64,000 nucleotides of DNA, taken from contig OZ260662.1 in assembly GCA_965285935.1 (NCBI GenBank), forward strand, positions 70,866,001 to 70,930,000, in the 5' to 3' direction. Numbering within the stretch: the stretch's first letter is position 1; every line of letters starts with the position of its first letter. Shown piece by piece: positions 25,877-38,889 of the stretch. This DNA comes from Ophelia neglecta. Lineage: Eukaryota. Under the pieces are notes generated by a model, which saw nothing but the letters and a program-made list of their open reading frames with translations, ran no database searches and had not been told where the DNA came from. Position numbers and translations under genes: made by a program.

Positions 25877-26180
25877 CTGAAATACAACATACCAACTTGG
25901 TCAGCCATATTCAAAGCATGGATCGGTTGTAGTTTGGATGCCTCACTTTAATAATGCATAATAACCAGTGAATTACTGCCAACTAGTGGGTTAGAATAAA
26001 AATGATCAAAAAAATTTAGCAAAAAAAGTGGAAGACTTTTAGCTCAACATTAAAAATATTAACATCGTTTTCGGCACAAAAACACCATATTTTGTCTACT
26101 TTATACCAGAACTTACTGACATTGTTTTAAAGAAATTTAGAAGAATTACAAGTTATGAAACCTCAAATATATAACCGTAC

Positions 26181-26381
26181 CGTGTCTGATCCCGGTATAC
26201 GGACTGTGTAGTGGTCATTGCTATCACATGAACCATGACAATATGTGACATTTATTTCCTCCGAGACACAATTCTCTGCTTCTACTTTGGTCACTTCACT
26301 AGCAAGTGTGCATGGCTTAATGGGCTCCGTGGGAGGAACGCAGTTACAGCATTCGCCCTCAGTTGGCTCATTGACATTCGG
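26181..26381 (-). CDS. VWC tail plus CTCK first half (GECCNC...PCTL...NCVS...TYCHGSCDS)
   Basis: 201 nt, phase 0-0; CxGxC knot motif. Confidence 0.92.
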
Positions 26382-26684
26382 CTGAAACACAAAGCAACAA
26401 TATGGTTAATTTACAAAGCTCAAATATTGAAACTTCAGTCACCCGATGAGCGTGAAATTAAACATGAAAACTATAGTTTAAACCCTCGACTATTTGGGTC
26501 CCTCCCTATATTAACTGCAAGGTGCATGATTAATATGTAGCAGTCTCCGGGGGGCTAAATAATAAAGGACTATTTCGTCTGTCTGAAGATACGGCGACAT
26601 GGTTGCCATTTCGTTTTCGCTGCTGCTAATACAACATAATCATGAATATTTTTCAAGAGAGTTTAAAAAGGAAATACAACTTAC

Positions 26685-26742
26685 ATATTCACAGTCGCAT
26701 GTTTCCTCCTGACAGACTATGACTCCTTCGAGGTTACACATA
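26685..26742 (-). CDS. VWC-like exon (CMCNLEGVIVCQEETCDCEY)
   Basis: cttacag acceptor, gtaagt donor, phase 2-0. Confidence 0.88.
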
Positions 26743-27130
26743 CTGTAAGAAAGATATCGATATCATACCGTGCATTGAAAAGTGGATATTTTGTTTTACA
26801 CTTTACATGCATTTGAAAATGAACTAAAGTAATATAGGCCTATTATGTACCGAAAGTTCAATGTATTTTGAAACGAAATACTTTGGCATCGACGTAGTTA
26901 AAGAATATTTATACTATTATAATAAAACACCATAATAGGTATCGTGGATTTATCTCCCGCACGATAGATATCAACTGTATAAGGTAGGATATATAATGTA
27001 TCAATACGGAGATGCACTGTCTGTCAATGCCCTTCTGCACTTCTATTGTTGTTTATAACATATTCTTTTGGATTTCTATTGTTGACACTTGTTTGCCCAG
27101 AAAGATAATATAAATTGGCCCCATCCTTAC

Positions 27131-27292
27131 CATATTTCGCACGATGTTTCGTTGATGGTGGCGGTAGGCGCGTACGTGTTTCCGAGATGGTCTGTGCATT
27201 GTGGACAAGGCTGCTCATTACAGTCTCGAGAATCAGTACTTATACCCTCACATGGTTGGCCATCATTCTGCAGTTCTGGATTGTTGGGAAAT
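27131..27292 (-). CDS. TSP1 end plus VWC-like start (RFPNNPELQNDGQPCEG...CNEQPCPQC...SCEI)
   Basis: 162 nt, phase 2-2. Confidence 0.9.
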
Positions 27293-27713
27293 CTGCAGCA
27301 AACAAGTTTATATATATCAAATATTCCCACATGGTAAGTTTCATAAAGACACACTAGTGTTGGAGCTTTAAGACAAGCACACTTTCCCACAAGAAATGAC
27401 AGCTATGTGGTCCAACATTAACATCGAGGGGCAGTGTTTAACAATCAAAGATCCTTTTTGTAAATGACCCGAAAAAAAGCGACAGGTAGTCAGTGAATGA
27501 CACTCGCACAGGAAATGTGTTAAAGGCCTATGTGGTCTCTTTATTGACAGAAAACACAAGGGCGAGCGGCGCACATTATACGCGCTGAAGCACTAAATAG
27601 GGAACTGGGTGTTAAACGCATTTGATGTGACATTGTGTAACAATACCAGTCAGTATTACCACTGAAAGCTCATCTTTTGGTCAATGACTAATTTAAATAC
27701 AGTTTCTGCCTAC

Positions 27714-27792
27714 CTGTATCTGAGCTGTACGCCGCCGTCACAGGATTGAGTACATTCTCCCCAGTTGTTCCACTCGCTCCAACCACAGTCCA
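27714..27792 (-). CDS. TSP1 repeat start (VDCGWSEWNNWGECTQSCDGGVQLRYR)
   Basis: WxxWxxW-C-C-GG-R-R motif; attttcag acceptor, gtaggc donor. Confidence 0.93.
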
Positions 27793-28356
27793 CTGAAAAT
27801 AAATAACAGTCCAAATAAATATAATTGTTTTATGTAGTTGAATTGAAAAAATATGTGACTATGTTATGATAGGACTGCTGCTGCTATATATATAAGAAAA
27901 TGACAGTTACATATTCATATTTTTTGTAACTATAAGTCAGGATTTAATGTAAGCGGATTGAAGCCTTCCTAGGCCTTTCGTGTTATCATATTATTCATTC
28001 GTTACAAGTAAGCTTGACACATATTTAAGATAATATCATAAGTGTGCACAGCAAAACAATTCACAGCAAACCTGTTGTGGGCAAACAATAACTAAACAAA
28101 AAAGGGATCCACTTTAAATTCCATCAAAAAGGCCCCGAGTTAGATAACTTGCAACTTCCTATACAAATACATATCGGTGCTGCTGGCAGATTCTTATACA
28201 AAAAAAATTCGGGGGATATTTGGTGATGAAAAGACGCTCTACTGTCCCTAGGAAATTCTTTAAATGGAACGGTTGCTTTATAGTATGAGTGCAAGCGATT
28301 CCACCAATCGGGCCGAAATACTACTGACGAATATGACAAGAAAATGGGGCACTCAC

Positions 28357-28403
28357 CATCGCATTCCTTTTCTGTACAGTTGTATATACCTTCATTGCAT
28401 TCA
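28357..28403 (-). CDS. VWC-like exon (CECNEGIYNCTEKECD)
   Basis: ttccgcag acceptor, gtgagt donor, phase 2-1. Confidence 0.88.
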
Positions 28404-28899
28404 CTGCGGAAAGAAATGATAAAAATTTAATAAATTACACAGACATTACATGCGGCTAAGATAGATTATGTTCATGCACTCAAAGTCTTCCGTGTCTTTT
28501 TTCACATTGAACACTTGTTTCAAAATATTAAAGCATTTAATAGGATTATATATGAAAACAAATAGGACGATTATGACAAACCGCATTTACGGCTTTTAAA
28601 TATATCAGCGAATCTTTAGGAGGGAAATAGCTAAAAAGAGCACAAAAATAATCTGCAGCAATGGCGGCGAAAGCCTGGTACCTGTGTTTATTCGACATAT
28701 TGGCCTTTCTAATTTTGATATAGTGTCTTAGGGTAAAAAATTCACAATGCATTGAATCAAGTATGATAAGAGATATTCGGCTGTTTACCGGGTAGACAAA
28801 GCCAGTCTTCTTTACTATAGTGATGGGCTTGTCTTCTTTACTACATGTATAGTGATGGGCTTTTTTTATGGAACAAATAAAAACCAATCGACTGCTTAC

Positions 28900-29149
28900 C
28901 ACACTGAGCATTCAGTTTCGTTTCTGAAATTAGGTGGGTAGGTGACACCGTCGACCACACAGTCACACTGGGCGGGTTGTACACACTCGCCATCCTCGTT
29001 CTCCACCGTGCCCTCCTCGCACATACAGCGGGGCTCACAGTCCACCTCTACGCACGAGTCCATGCCGGCGGCGATGTCGGCACAGCTCAATGGACAGGTC
29101 GGCATCTCATCGCAGTCTACCACCCAAACCTTGCCCGTGGTACAAGTGT
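28900..29149 (-). CDS. TIL domain plus VWC-like start (CTTGKVW...CPLSCAD...CEPRCMCEEG...GECVQPAQCDC)
   Basis: TIL cysteine spacing; phase 1-2. Confidence 0.92.
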
Positions 29150-29452
29150 CTGTGTTAACAAGCAGAATAACAATCGTTATTAAAAGCCACGGAATCGCCA
29201 TTTGTACGGGAAGGCATCCGAGCGAAAATACTTCGGACAAATGACTTGATTGATTTACATTCTAGGTCAATATTATGATTGTCTATGTAGACTTGTGCCT
29301 TCCATCGAACAAGTTCTTTAACTGGGACAGCAGCCATAAAGACATTTGGATATGGGCTTACATGTATAATCACTTGTTTATCTATGAAATGAAAATATCA
29401 AAAATACTAAGGCGTTAATCACTGTAAATAAAGTCATTTAATGTGCACGTAC

Positions 29453-29626
29453 CGTCGGCGCACGTCTGTGTGTTACATGGCTCTGTTTCCAGCGGAGTTC
29501 CATCACAGCCGTCTCCACATTGATTGGGTGAGGGGTTGTCACATGCTCTGTTACGTCGACGGACGCCGCCGCCACATTCATGGCTGCATTCGTTCCATTC
29601 TTGCCACGTGGACCATTCTCCGTCGA
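29453..29626 (-). CDS. TSP1 repeat (VDGEWSTWQEWNECSHECGGGVRRRNRACDNPSP...CNTQTC)
   Basis: canonical TSP1; 174 nt, phase 1-1. Confidence 0.95.
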
Positions 29627-29923
29627 CTGAAAGAAATCAAAGAATATTAGATGTTTATGCGGGTTCAAACAGTTAAACGAATCGCAAGGATTATTTATTT
29701 TTTCAAAAGATTATAAAATGAATAAAATGGTACATTGGGCTACATATCAGTCGCGAATCATAGTTTCAAATGTTGCCAGACAAAAAAATAATAGTATCAA
29801 TCAACAAAAGTCAGTAAGAAAATACATTTATATATATATTCCCAATGTACGCACAAGTCATCAAGTTTAGGCTTGTTTTCTAGAAAGTAAGCAATACGGA
29901 TTATCCGAAGGCGTTTTACTGAC

Positions 29924-30138
29924 CACAACATGGATCTGTGTTACACGGCTCGGTATCTTCTTCAAGGCCTGAGCAGGGTTCTCCGTTGCCAGTTGCCGGG
30001 ACGAAGCCGCGAGTTCTCTTACGGAGGCCTCCTTCGCACTCCTCGGAACAATCGCCCCAGTCGGACCAAGGTAGCCATGTACAATCCTTGTGGCACTCTT
30101 CGTTTGTACACATCAGTCCGTCTACTTCATCACAAGTA
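29924..30138 (-). CDS. VWC-like end plus TSP1 repeat (CTWLPWSDWGDCSEECEGGLRKRTR...CNTDPCC)
   Basis: canonical TSP1; phase 2-1. Confidence 0.93.
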
Positions 30139-30333
30139 CTGGAAAAAAGATCAAATCTGAGTGCAGATTGATGGGTTTATCTTGTGTACCATTAATAGTT
30201 CTGAAGTGCTACCAAGGGATTTCTACCGCAGTTACCACCTCCCTCTTGGTTCATGAGCGCTTCGACGCTGTACACACAGGCACCAAGGGCCATGGTGATC
30301 ATTACAGTCATCACCTTCCGTTTAAAAACTTAC

Positions 30334-30538
30334 CAATTGTTGCATCCGTCAATCATAAAGACGACGACGTCGTTGTCGACCTGGTCACCTAGATAGACGT
30401 TTTCGTTTTCAGTGGTAGGTCCATCAATGCCGTCAAGTTCGACGTAACCGACCGGGGTGATAGCTGGATTTGGGGTCTGTCCGTCTTCTCCAGGTACTAT
30501 GTTACCCAGCGGAATCTGCTCCATGTTGAACACGCATT
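30334..30538 (-). CDS. Acidic VWC-like start exon (ECVFNMEQ...IDGCNN)
   Basis: cttcag acceptor, gtaagt donor; phase 1-2; joins the next exon to give DGCNNCTC. Confidence 0.88.
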
Positions 30539-30904
30539 CTGAAGTAAATGAGGAAGTTGAATATACAGATAAATACAATCAGCTAGCTTGTTTCCTTTGG
30601 TAAATGTGTTATTTAAGCCTGGTTAGGAGCACGGGAAACCAATAAGCGAAATTGATTTGGGGCCATCAATTTTTATTTGCTGGCATTGGTGTATGAAAAA
30701 TGCATATCCTGATACGTTTTCAGTTCCAACCCTTTCTAGACGGTACAGATATGCAAATGTGAATTGAGGGTAGGTTTACAGCAAGAAAACGGAGGTTAGT
30801 GTTTTAGTAAAGTAGAAGTATCAGTAAAAAAAATAGCAAAGTTAATTATTAGTAAAGTAATAGAATAAGTTAAAAGTAACAAACATAGTGATTTAATGTT
30901 TTAC

Positions 30905-30991
30905 CTGGTGCGGTTGTAGTGGATATAATAGTGGTGCTGGTAGACATCGTGGACGTTGGGCTTGTACTCATAGTGACTGTGGTGGTTATTG
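30905..30991 (-). CDS. Thr/Ser-rich linker exon (ITTTVTMSTSPTSTMSTSTTIISTTTAP)
   Basis: 87 nt, phase 1-1, tttatag acceptor, gtaaaa donor. Confidence 0.85.
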
Positions 30992-31585
30992 CTATAAACA
31001 CAAAGCACGTACATTGTTTTAGGTTGGGGTACATGCACGATTATTCTGTGAAAAAGCCGCAGAAAATTTTGCGGCCATTTGTAAAATATAAACTGACTTG
31101 ATATACATTAAAGTACATGCTAAATTGTATGCTATATCGAATACCAATTGTCGCCGATGGATGATTTTGATCATAAAACGCACTACTTCCTGACACTTCT
31201 TAAGACTTGATAGTCATGGGTGAAGCCCCCACGTCATTGTGGCAGAGTTAGCCCGAAGACGGGCGGTGCAATTGACATTAAAACTGTATTAAATACAGAT
31301 GAAATATGGGCAAACGACGCACCAATGTTAGTTTTAATGAAATTGTGGTGCAATTAATTCAATTTTTCGGGTAAAAAGGCAAGGAAATTGTAAACCGAAA
31401 ATTGGTACGGTGTGCGGTATTATTTCTTCTATTGACATCCATGACTTTCATGTTCCAACAATTTTTAATACTTAGCCCGGCGTGCCACAATAACACCGGG
31501 GTCCCAATGCATTTAACATGGTGAAGCTGTAGGGTCCGGTGTTATCGCTCATAATAATGCAGCCATGCGTATTAACTTCTAATAC

Positions 31586-31727
31586 CTGTGGTTAGGTGTT
31601 CACAAAGCTCGACGGACAAATCGCTGATTTCAACATCATCTGTTCCATCTCGTCTGATGAGTATCTCCAAGTCACTGCCAACACTGCTCGTGCTTCTATC
31701 TATCGTGTCAGGGTTAGACACGGTTTC
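31586..31727 (-). CDS. Type I module exon B, copy 1 (ETVSNPDT...VEISDLSVELCEHLTT)
   Basis: 142 nt, phase 0-1, open in all three copies. Confidence 0.85.
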
Positions 31728-31849
31728 CTATGGATGACAATGGCACATGAACACGATGCAAGCAGATCCTTCGATTAATTGCTCAAGAAATTAGACATTT
31801 AAATTCATCATCACAATAATGATGTGGACAAGTAGTCAGAAAAAGTTAC

Positions 31850-32130
31850 CCATGGGTTTTCTTCCGATCCAATTCTTATTCTGACTTCAGTAGCACCAGA
31901 AACCGTGAAAGTGTATCCTACAATTTGGTATGGTCCAGGCGGTGAGACAATCTTCAGCAACACACTAACCGTGTCATCTGTGCTGGGTACCGTGTAAGAA
32001 CCACCTGGACTACCATCCAGGGCGGAGCTAGCTTCGTCGGTGATTTCTCCATCCGGGGAACTACCATAAACGACAACCTCAAGATTGGGGGTGTCAAAAT
32101 TAATGACGGTGCTCTCCAAACAGGGCGTCA
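31850..32130 (-). CDS. Type I module exon A, copy 1 (VTPCLESTVINFD...GSEENPW)
   Basis: 281 nt, phase 1-0; ttttccag acceptor, gtaact donor. Confidence 0.85.
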
Positions 32131-32239
32131 CTGGAAAAAAAAGACGGTTTTCATTATCAATTGGGCCTAGTTTGCTTTATAATTACCATATTGTGTAAAT
32201 ATTACTACTGCTTCTTCTGTTATTACTGCTATTGCTCCT

Positions 32240-32262
32240 GCTACTACTACTACTACTACTAT

Positions 32263-32318
<56 letters not shown>

Positions 32319-32325
32319 ATACTAC
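32240..32325. repeat. (CTA)n microsatellite, intronic
   Basis: long cta run, much shorter in the sister cassette near 36060. Confidence 0.9.
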
Positions 32326-32548
32326 TTAATATTTAAGAATTCCATATACATGCCTCATTTTAAATCAAATTAATGAGTTTCAAGAAACAAAGTACTGTAC
32401 AAGTACTCAGTCATAGTTTAAGCCAAGATTATCTCAAACATGGTTTATAATGTTTATTCTAACAATGTAAGCAAAAAGACTACTAAGCAAATATTGGTTT
32501 TAAATAAGTTGATCGTAAAAACTATCAAAGAATAACAGGAATACGCAC

Positions 32549-32572
32549 CTGTGGTCAATTCTGTTGTGGTTG
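32549..32572 (-). CDS. 24-nt microexon (ATTTELTT)
   Basis: tttatttcag acceptor, gtgcgt donor; phase 1-1; present in three cassettes. Confidence 0.75.
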
Positions 32573-33574
32573 CTGAAATAAAAAAATAAACAAATCATTA
32601 CTTGGTGTACTGAGGCACGCCCATGGCCATGCAAGGTTATTCATAATGTCTGGCAGAATGTCTCCAATGAAATTAACATTCTTGTACATTTATCATGATA
32701 ACGTATAACCGAATAAAAAAGGGCTTATACCGAATTTGTTTGTAGAATTTAAAACGCGGAAACTTTTTGACCCACAACATTTTGTCCGCAAAACACAATT
32801 CTAGCGCCTCAGACGTCTGACTACAAGTATTGATATTTCTTGCTGTGACCTAGGTCTCCAGGACAAATCGTCCCGCTACATTCCATCCGCACGACTTCTA
32901 AGGAGACTGTAGGAAACTGTAGTAATATTTGGCATCACAGCTTCGGAGCAATTAAAATGCCCACTTGAATAGACAATGTATGCATATTTGGAGATCCCTT
33001 GTGAGGCATTGGTATTTAAGGGTCCCCCCTTCATGGGGTCCTTTGAGCCAAAGACATTCGCTTCCCGGGTTTGTCCCTGAACAATTTCATTCCCCTTATT
33101 TCTTCCTTATTTTTCATGCATTCTAGATATACATTATTGGGCATACTAACGCCTTGACGGGTTTAATCCTTTGAAAGGGTGTTATACTAAATAATGCACA
33201 AAATGTATAATTATGATATGTTCTTAGAGCCAATAAAAAAATAACAAACAGTTACAGCAAATCTGTTCCACCTTAGCTCGGCCTTTTTTTCACGTAATGA
33301 TAAAAAATAGATTTCCAATTTAAATGTAGAATACCAACACCATCTGTTGACCTAAATGGTTAACACCTTCCATTAACAAATGTGGAAATATTTTCTAAAC
33401 ACTTCCGCGCGTTGTTTGCTTATAAAAGGGCATTATATTATAACCTTACTTTCAGAGGTTGCAAAATAGTCATCCATGGCTCTTTTAAATAACTTGTCTA
33501 CCATCCTTGGTGTAACTTATTCTTGTGAGACTTACTGTAAAGGCACGGTTTTTAAACAAGATATCGATACTTAC

Positions 33575-33763
33575 CACTGACAGTTGACACTGTCGGGCTG
33601 GGCGTTGTAGTGGGGGCTATAGTAGTTGAAGGCGCCAAACTTGGCGTAGGGGTTTGTGATGTGGTTGGTGCTGTTGTAGGCGCAATGGTAGGCGCTGTCG
33701 TTGGTGCTGTTGTCTGTATAGTTGTTGGTGGTACAGTTGTAAGTGGTTTTGTTGTCGTGGAAG
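33575..33763 (-). CDS. PTS (Thr/Pro-rich) exon, type I cassette
   Basis: 189 nt, phase 1-1; ASTTTKPLTTVPPTT...PTVSTVS. Confidence 0.85.
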
Positions 33764-34472
33764 CTGTGGTATGGAAAATGCAAATCCCAATGCATGTTCA
33801 GACTATTAAAGCTTGACTGTTTAGGCTGGAATACAAATATCGAGTACCTTCCAGAACACTTTTCAATTGGAGATAAAAGTTTTCCAAAAGATGTTCCGCT
33901 TTTTCTTGGGACAATCTGCAGTCCGTAAGGTCAAAGTGTTTGTTTACCCTTGAACAAATTCATGATCGGTGACCCGGGATACTGTTAGTATCGTTAGTAC
34001 CTAGGTATTGGCAACCGATGATTCAGTGACTCGTTGACACCCAAATTCGGACGGCGTTTCGAGCCGATTGCATTGTTCTGGTTGGAAAACAGGCCAAAGT
34101 TAATTGATTTGCACATTATTGGCGAGGCCTATTGTGACAGCTTATCTGAATTAACTTGGCATAGAAAGTCAACGAGTGCTCATGTTTGGCACCATTGTTT
34201 AACACTAGTTCTTCTGACTGTGTACCTAGTAGACCAGTTGGACATTGAAGGGTGCTGTACTTTCCACACATTCAACCTTTATACTTGCATCGTGATTGGA
34301 CGACAGTCCAGGAGTGAGACTTAATATAAAAGCTCGTGACATGGCGACCATAAGGACGAAGCGAGGAACAGCGACTAAAAAACTGTGGCTAAATGGTAAG
34401 TTTACAGTAAAAAGCCGTGGGTCAAGTTTTCAGTAAAGTCGAAGCAAACATAATTATTTAACGTTGTCTTAC

Positions 34473-34505
34473 CTGGTGGGGTGGCAGTGGAGCTAAGTGG
34501 GGTGC
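34473..34505 (-). CDS. 33-nt microexon (GTPLSSTATPP)
   Basis: ttttttcag acceptor, gtaaga donor; phase 1-1. Confidence 0.75.
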
Positions 34506-34827
34506 CTGAAAAAAGAGATCATATCTATAAGTGTAAATATCACAGGGAGAGATGAAAATAACAATTGGGTGTGTTTTATATGTACAGCTGTTTCATCAAG
34601 GCATTGATTTAATAAAGTTCCTTGTGTAATTCGCAAAGCGTGTAAACCAACTGATCTAATGTGGCCTTTCTGTCGGCGCCCTCTAGATTTCTACAGGGAC
34701 AAAAGGACTTATTTAACCCACACTTAAACCGTTCGTGTATAAAGGACTGATCTTATTCATATGCTGCATGAACAAACATACTAATGCGGACACTTATACT
34801 AACCCTAACTACCTTCAAAGTTATATA

Positions 34828-35005
34828 CAGTGAAACCTGTAAATTAAGATTACCCAAGGGACTGGAAAATACTGGTCTGATTAAGAAGGTGGTCTGTTTT
34901 GACGGGTCATTTAACGTTATGAGTGTGCAGGATGGTCTTTATATTTGTGGTCTGAATATAGAGGTGGTCTGAATATAGAGGTGGTCTTTAAGGCAGGTTT
35001 TACTG
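34828..35005. mobile_element. MITE in cassette intron
   Basis: TIR CAGTGAAACCTG...CAGGTTTTACTG (one mismatch), TA on both sides. Confidence 0.8.
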
Positions 35006-35408
35006 TAGTTAATTCAAGTCATACACGTGGATTTCTTGAAAACAAAACACGCCCATTGAATAAAGAATAAGGGATTAGTTAATACTACAAGTAGTGTAGC
35101 TTATAAGTTTTAACCCAAAGGCTAGAGCAAAAAAAACACAGTCTTCCAACATGCATATTGTTACTTCGGCCTCCAGCGTTTATAAATATGAGTACCGCAA
35201 TGAACAACTTTTACGCCAACCGAAACGTGTACGGCTTCATTGTATACCGATGAGCAAAAAACAATGCATTGCACTTATACAATCATCCTCACTGATCCGT
35301 GGCGCTCGATCTCGAGGGTGCTTATGTGCAGAGCTACCAGATAAAGCCCACAAAGAATTCAGGATTAAATCATTTTGATCACAAACAACGCTTGACACTT
35401 GACAGTAC

Positions 35409-35550
35409 CTGTGGTGACGTGCTCACAAAGTTCGACGGATAAATCGCTGATTTCAACATCATCTGTTCCATCTCGTCTGATGAGTATCTCCAAGTCACTG
35501 CCAACACTGCTCGTGCTTCTGACTTTCGTGTCAGGGTTAGACACGGTTTC
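35409..35550 (-). CDS. Type I module exon B, copy 2
   Basis: 142 nt, open, same splice positions. Confidence 0.85.
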
Positions 35551-35672
35551 CTATGGATGACAATGGCACATGAACACGATGCAAGCAGATCCTTCGATTA
35601 ATTGCTCAAGAAATTAGACATTTAAATTCATCATCACAATAATGACGTGGACAAGTAGACAGAAAAAGTTAC

Positions 35673-35953
35673 CCATGGGCTTTCCTCCGATCCAATTCTG
35701 ATCTTGACTTGAGCAGCTCCAGAAACCGTGAAAGTGTATCCTACAATTTGGTATGGTCCAGGCGGTGAGACAATCTTCAGCAACACACTAACCGTGTCAT
35801 CTGTGCTGGGTACCGTGTAAGAACCACCTGGACTACCATCCAGGGCGGAGCTAGCTTCGTCGGTGATTTCTCCATCCGGGGAACTACCATAAACGACAAC
35901 CTCAAGATTGGGGGTGTCAAAATTAATGACGGTGCTCTCCAAACAGGGCGTCA
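35673..35953 (-). CDS. Type I module exon A, copy 2
   Basis: 281 nt, open. Confidence 0.85.
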
Positions 35954-36310
35954 CTGGAAAAAAAGACGGTTTTCATTATCAATTGGGCCTAGTTTGCTTT
36001 ATAATTACCATATTGTGTAACTAGTACTACTGCTTCTTCTGTTATTACTGCTATTTCTCCTGCTACTACTACTGCTACTAATACTACTTAATATTTAAGA
36101 ATTCCTTATACATGCCTCATTTTAAATCCAATTAATGAGATTCAAGAAACAAAGTACTGTACAAGTACTCAGTCATAGTTTAAGCCAAGATTATCTCAAA
36201 CATGGTTTATAATGTTTATTCTAACAATGTAAGCAAAAAGACTACTAAGCAAATATTGGTTTTAAATAAGTTGATCGTAAAAACTATCAAAGAATAACAG
36301 GAATACGCAC

Positions 36311-36334
36311 CTGTGGTCAATTCTGTTGTGGTTG
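36311..36334 (-). CDS. 24-nt microexon (ATTTELTT), copy 2
   Basis: identical to 32549-32572. Confidence 0.75.
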
Positions 36335-36885
36335 CTGAAATAAAAAAATATACAAATCATTACTTGGTGTACTGAGGCACGCCCATGGCCATGCAAGGTT
36401 ATTCATAATGTCTGGCAGAATGTCTCCAATGAAATTAACATTCTTGTACATTTAACATGATTACATATAACCGAATTAAAAAGGTTTTATACCGAATTGT
36501 TTTTGTAGAATTTAAAACGCGGAAACTTTTTGACCCACAACATATTGTCCGCAAAACAATTCTAGCGCCTCAGACGTCTGACTACAAGTATTGATATTTC
36601 TTGCTGTGACCTAGGTCTCCAGGACAAATCGTCCCGCTACATTCCATCCGCACGACTTCTAAGGAGACTGTAGGAAACTGTAGTAATATTTGGCATCACA
36701 GCTTCGGAGCAATTAAAATGCCCACTTGAATATACAATGTATGCGTATTTGGAGATCCCTTGCGAGGCATTGGTATTTAAGGGTCCCCCCTTCATGGGGT
36801 CCTTTGAGCCAAAGACATTCGCTTCCCGGGTTTGTCCCTGAACAATTTCATTCCCCTTATTTCTTCCTAATTTTTCATGCATTCT

Positions 36886-37490
36886 AGATATACATTATTG
36901 GGCATACTAACGCCTTGACGGGTTTAATCCTTTGAAAGGGTGTTATACTAAAAAATGCACAAAATGTATAATTATGATATGTTCTTAGAGCCAATAAAAT
37001 AATAACAAACAGTTACAGCAAATCTGTTCCACCTTAGCTCGGCCTTTTTGTAACGTAATGATACAAAATATATTTCCAATTTAAATGTAAAATACCAACA
37101 CCATCTGTTGACCTAAATGGTTAACACCTTCCATTAACAAATGTGGAAATATTCTCTAAACACTTCCGCGCGTTGTTTGCTTATAAAAGATATACATTAT
37201 TGGGCATACTAACGCCTTGACGGGTTTAATCCTTTGAAAGGGTGTTATACTAAAAAATGCACAAATGTATAATTATGATATGTTCTTAGAGCCAATAAAA
37301 TAATAACAAACAGTTACAGCAAATCTGTTCCACCTTAGCTCGGCCTTTTTTTCACGTAATGATAAAAAATAGATTTCCAATTTAAATGTAAAATACCAAC
37401 ACGATCTGTTGACCTGAATGGTTAACACCTTCCATTAACAAATGTGGAAATATTTTCTAAACACTTCCGCGCGCTGTTTGCTTATAAAAG
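36886..37490. repeat. Intronic ~302-bp direct tandem duplication
   Basis: agatatacattattgggcatactaacg starts at 36886 and 37188; single copy in the sister cassette (~33125). Confidence 0.9.
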
Positions 37491-37636
37491 GGCATTATAT
37501 TATAACCTTACTTTCAGAGGTTGCAAAATAGTCACCCATGGCTCTTTTAAATAACTTGCCTACCATCCTTGGTGTAACTTATTCTTGTGAGACTTACTGT
37601 AAAGGCATGGTTTTTAAACAAGATATCGATACTCAC

Positions 37637-37825
37637 CACTGACAGTTGACACTGTCGGGCTGGGCGTTGTAGTGGGGGCTATAGTAGTTGAAGGCGCCAA
37701 AGTTGGCGTAGGGGTTTGTGATGTGGTTGGTGCTGTTGTAGGCGCTATGGTAGGCGCTGTCGTTGGTGCTGTTGTCTGTATAGTTGTTGGTGGTACAGTT
37801 GTAAGTGGTTTTGTTGTCGTGGAAG
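37637..37825 (-). CDS. PTS exon, type I cassette, copy 2
   Basis: 189 nt, phase 1-1. Confidence 0.85.
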
Positions 37826-38534
37826 CTGTGGTATGGAAAATGCAAATCCCAATGCATGTTCAGACTATTAAAGCTTGACTGTTTAGGCTGGAATACAAAT
37901 ATCGAGTACCTTCCAGAACACTTTTCAATTGGAGATAAAAGTTTTCCAAAAGATGTTCCGCTCTTTTTTGGGACAATCTGCAGTCCGTAAGGTCAAAGTG
38001 TTTGTTTACCCTTGAACAAATTCATGATCGGTGACCTGGGATACTGTTAGTGTCGTTAGTACCTAGGTATTGGCAACCGATGATTTAGTGACTCGTTGAT
38101 ACCCAAATTCGGACGGCGTTTCGAGCCGATTGCATTGTTCTGGTTGGAAAACAGGCCAAAGTTAATTGATTTGCACATTATTGGCGAGGCCTATTGTGAC
38201 AGCTTATCTGAATTAACTTGGCATAGAAAGTCAACGAGTGCTCATGTTTGGCACCATTGTTTAACACTAGTTCTTCTGACTGTGTACCTAGTAGACCAGT
38301 GGGACATTGAAGGGTGCTGTACTTTCCACACATTCAACCTTTATACTTGCATCGTGATTGGACGACAGTCCAGGAGTGAGACTTAATATAAAAGCTCGTG
38401 ACATGGCGACCATAAGGACGAAGCGAGGAACAGCGACTAAAAAACTGTGGCTAAATGGTAAGTTTACAGTAAAAAGCCGTGGGGCAAGTTTTCAGTAAAG
38501 TCGAAGCAAACATAATTATTTAACGTTGTCTTAC

Positions 38535-38567
38535 CTGGTGGGGTGGCAGTGGAGCTAAGTGGGGTGC
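38535..38567 (-). CDS. 33-nt microexon, copy 2
   Basis: identical to 34473-34505. Confidence 0.75.
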
Positions 38568-38889
38568 CTGAAAAAAGAGATCATATCTATAAGTGTAAAA
38601 ATCACACGGAGAGATGAAAATAACAATTGGGTGTGTTTTATATATACAGCTGTTTCATCAAGGCATTGATATAATAAAGTTCCTTGTGTAATTCGCAAAG
38701 CGTGTAAACCAACTGATCTAATGTGGCCTTTCTGTCGGCGCCCTCTAGATTTCTACAGGGACAAAAGGACTTATTTAACCCACACTTAAACCGTTCGTGT
38801 ATAAAGGACTGATCTTATTCATATGCTGCATGAACAAACATACTAATATGGACACTTATACTAACCCTAACTACCTTCAAAGTTATATA

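Noticed and set aside
26425-26470. Hammerhead-ribozyme-like core (ccgatgag...gaaa)
   Set aside because: The core deviates from CUGAnGA and I found no convincing flanking stems
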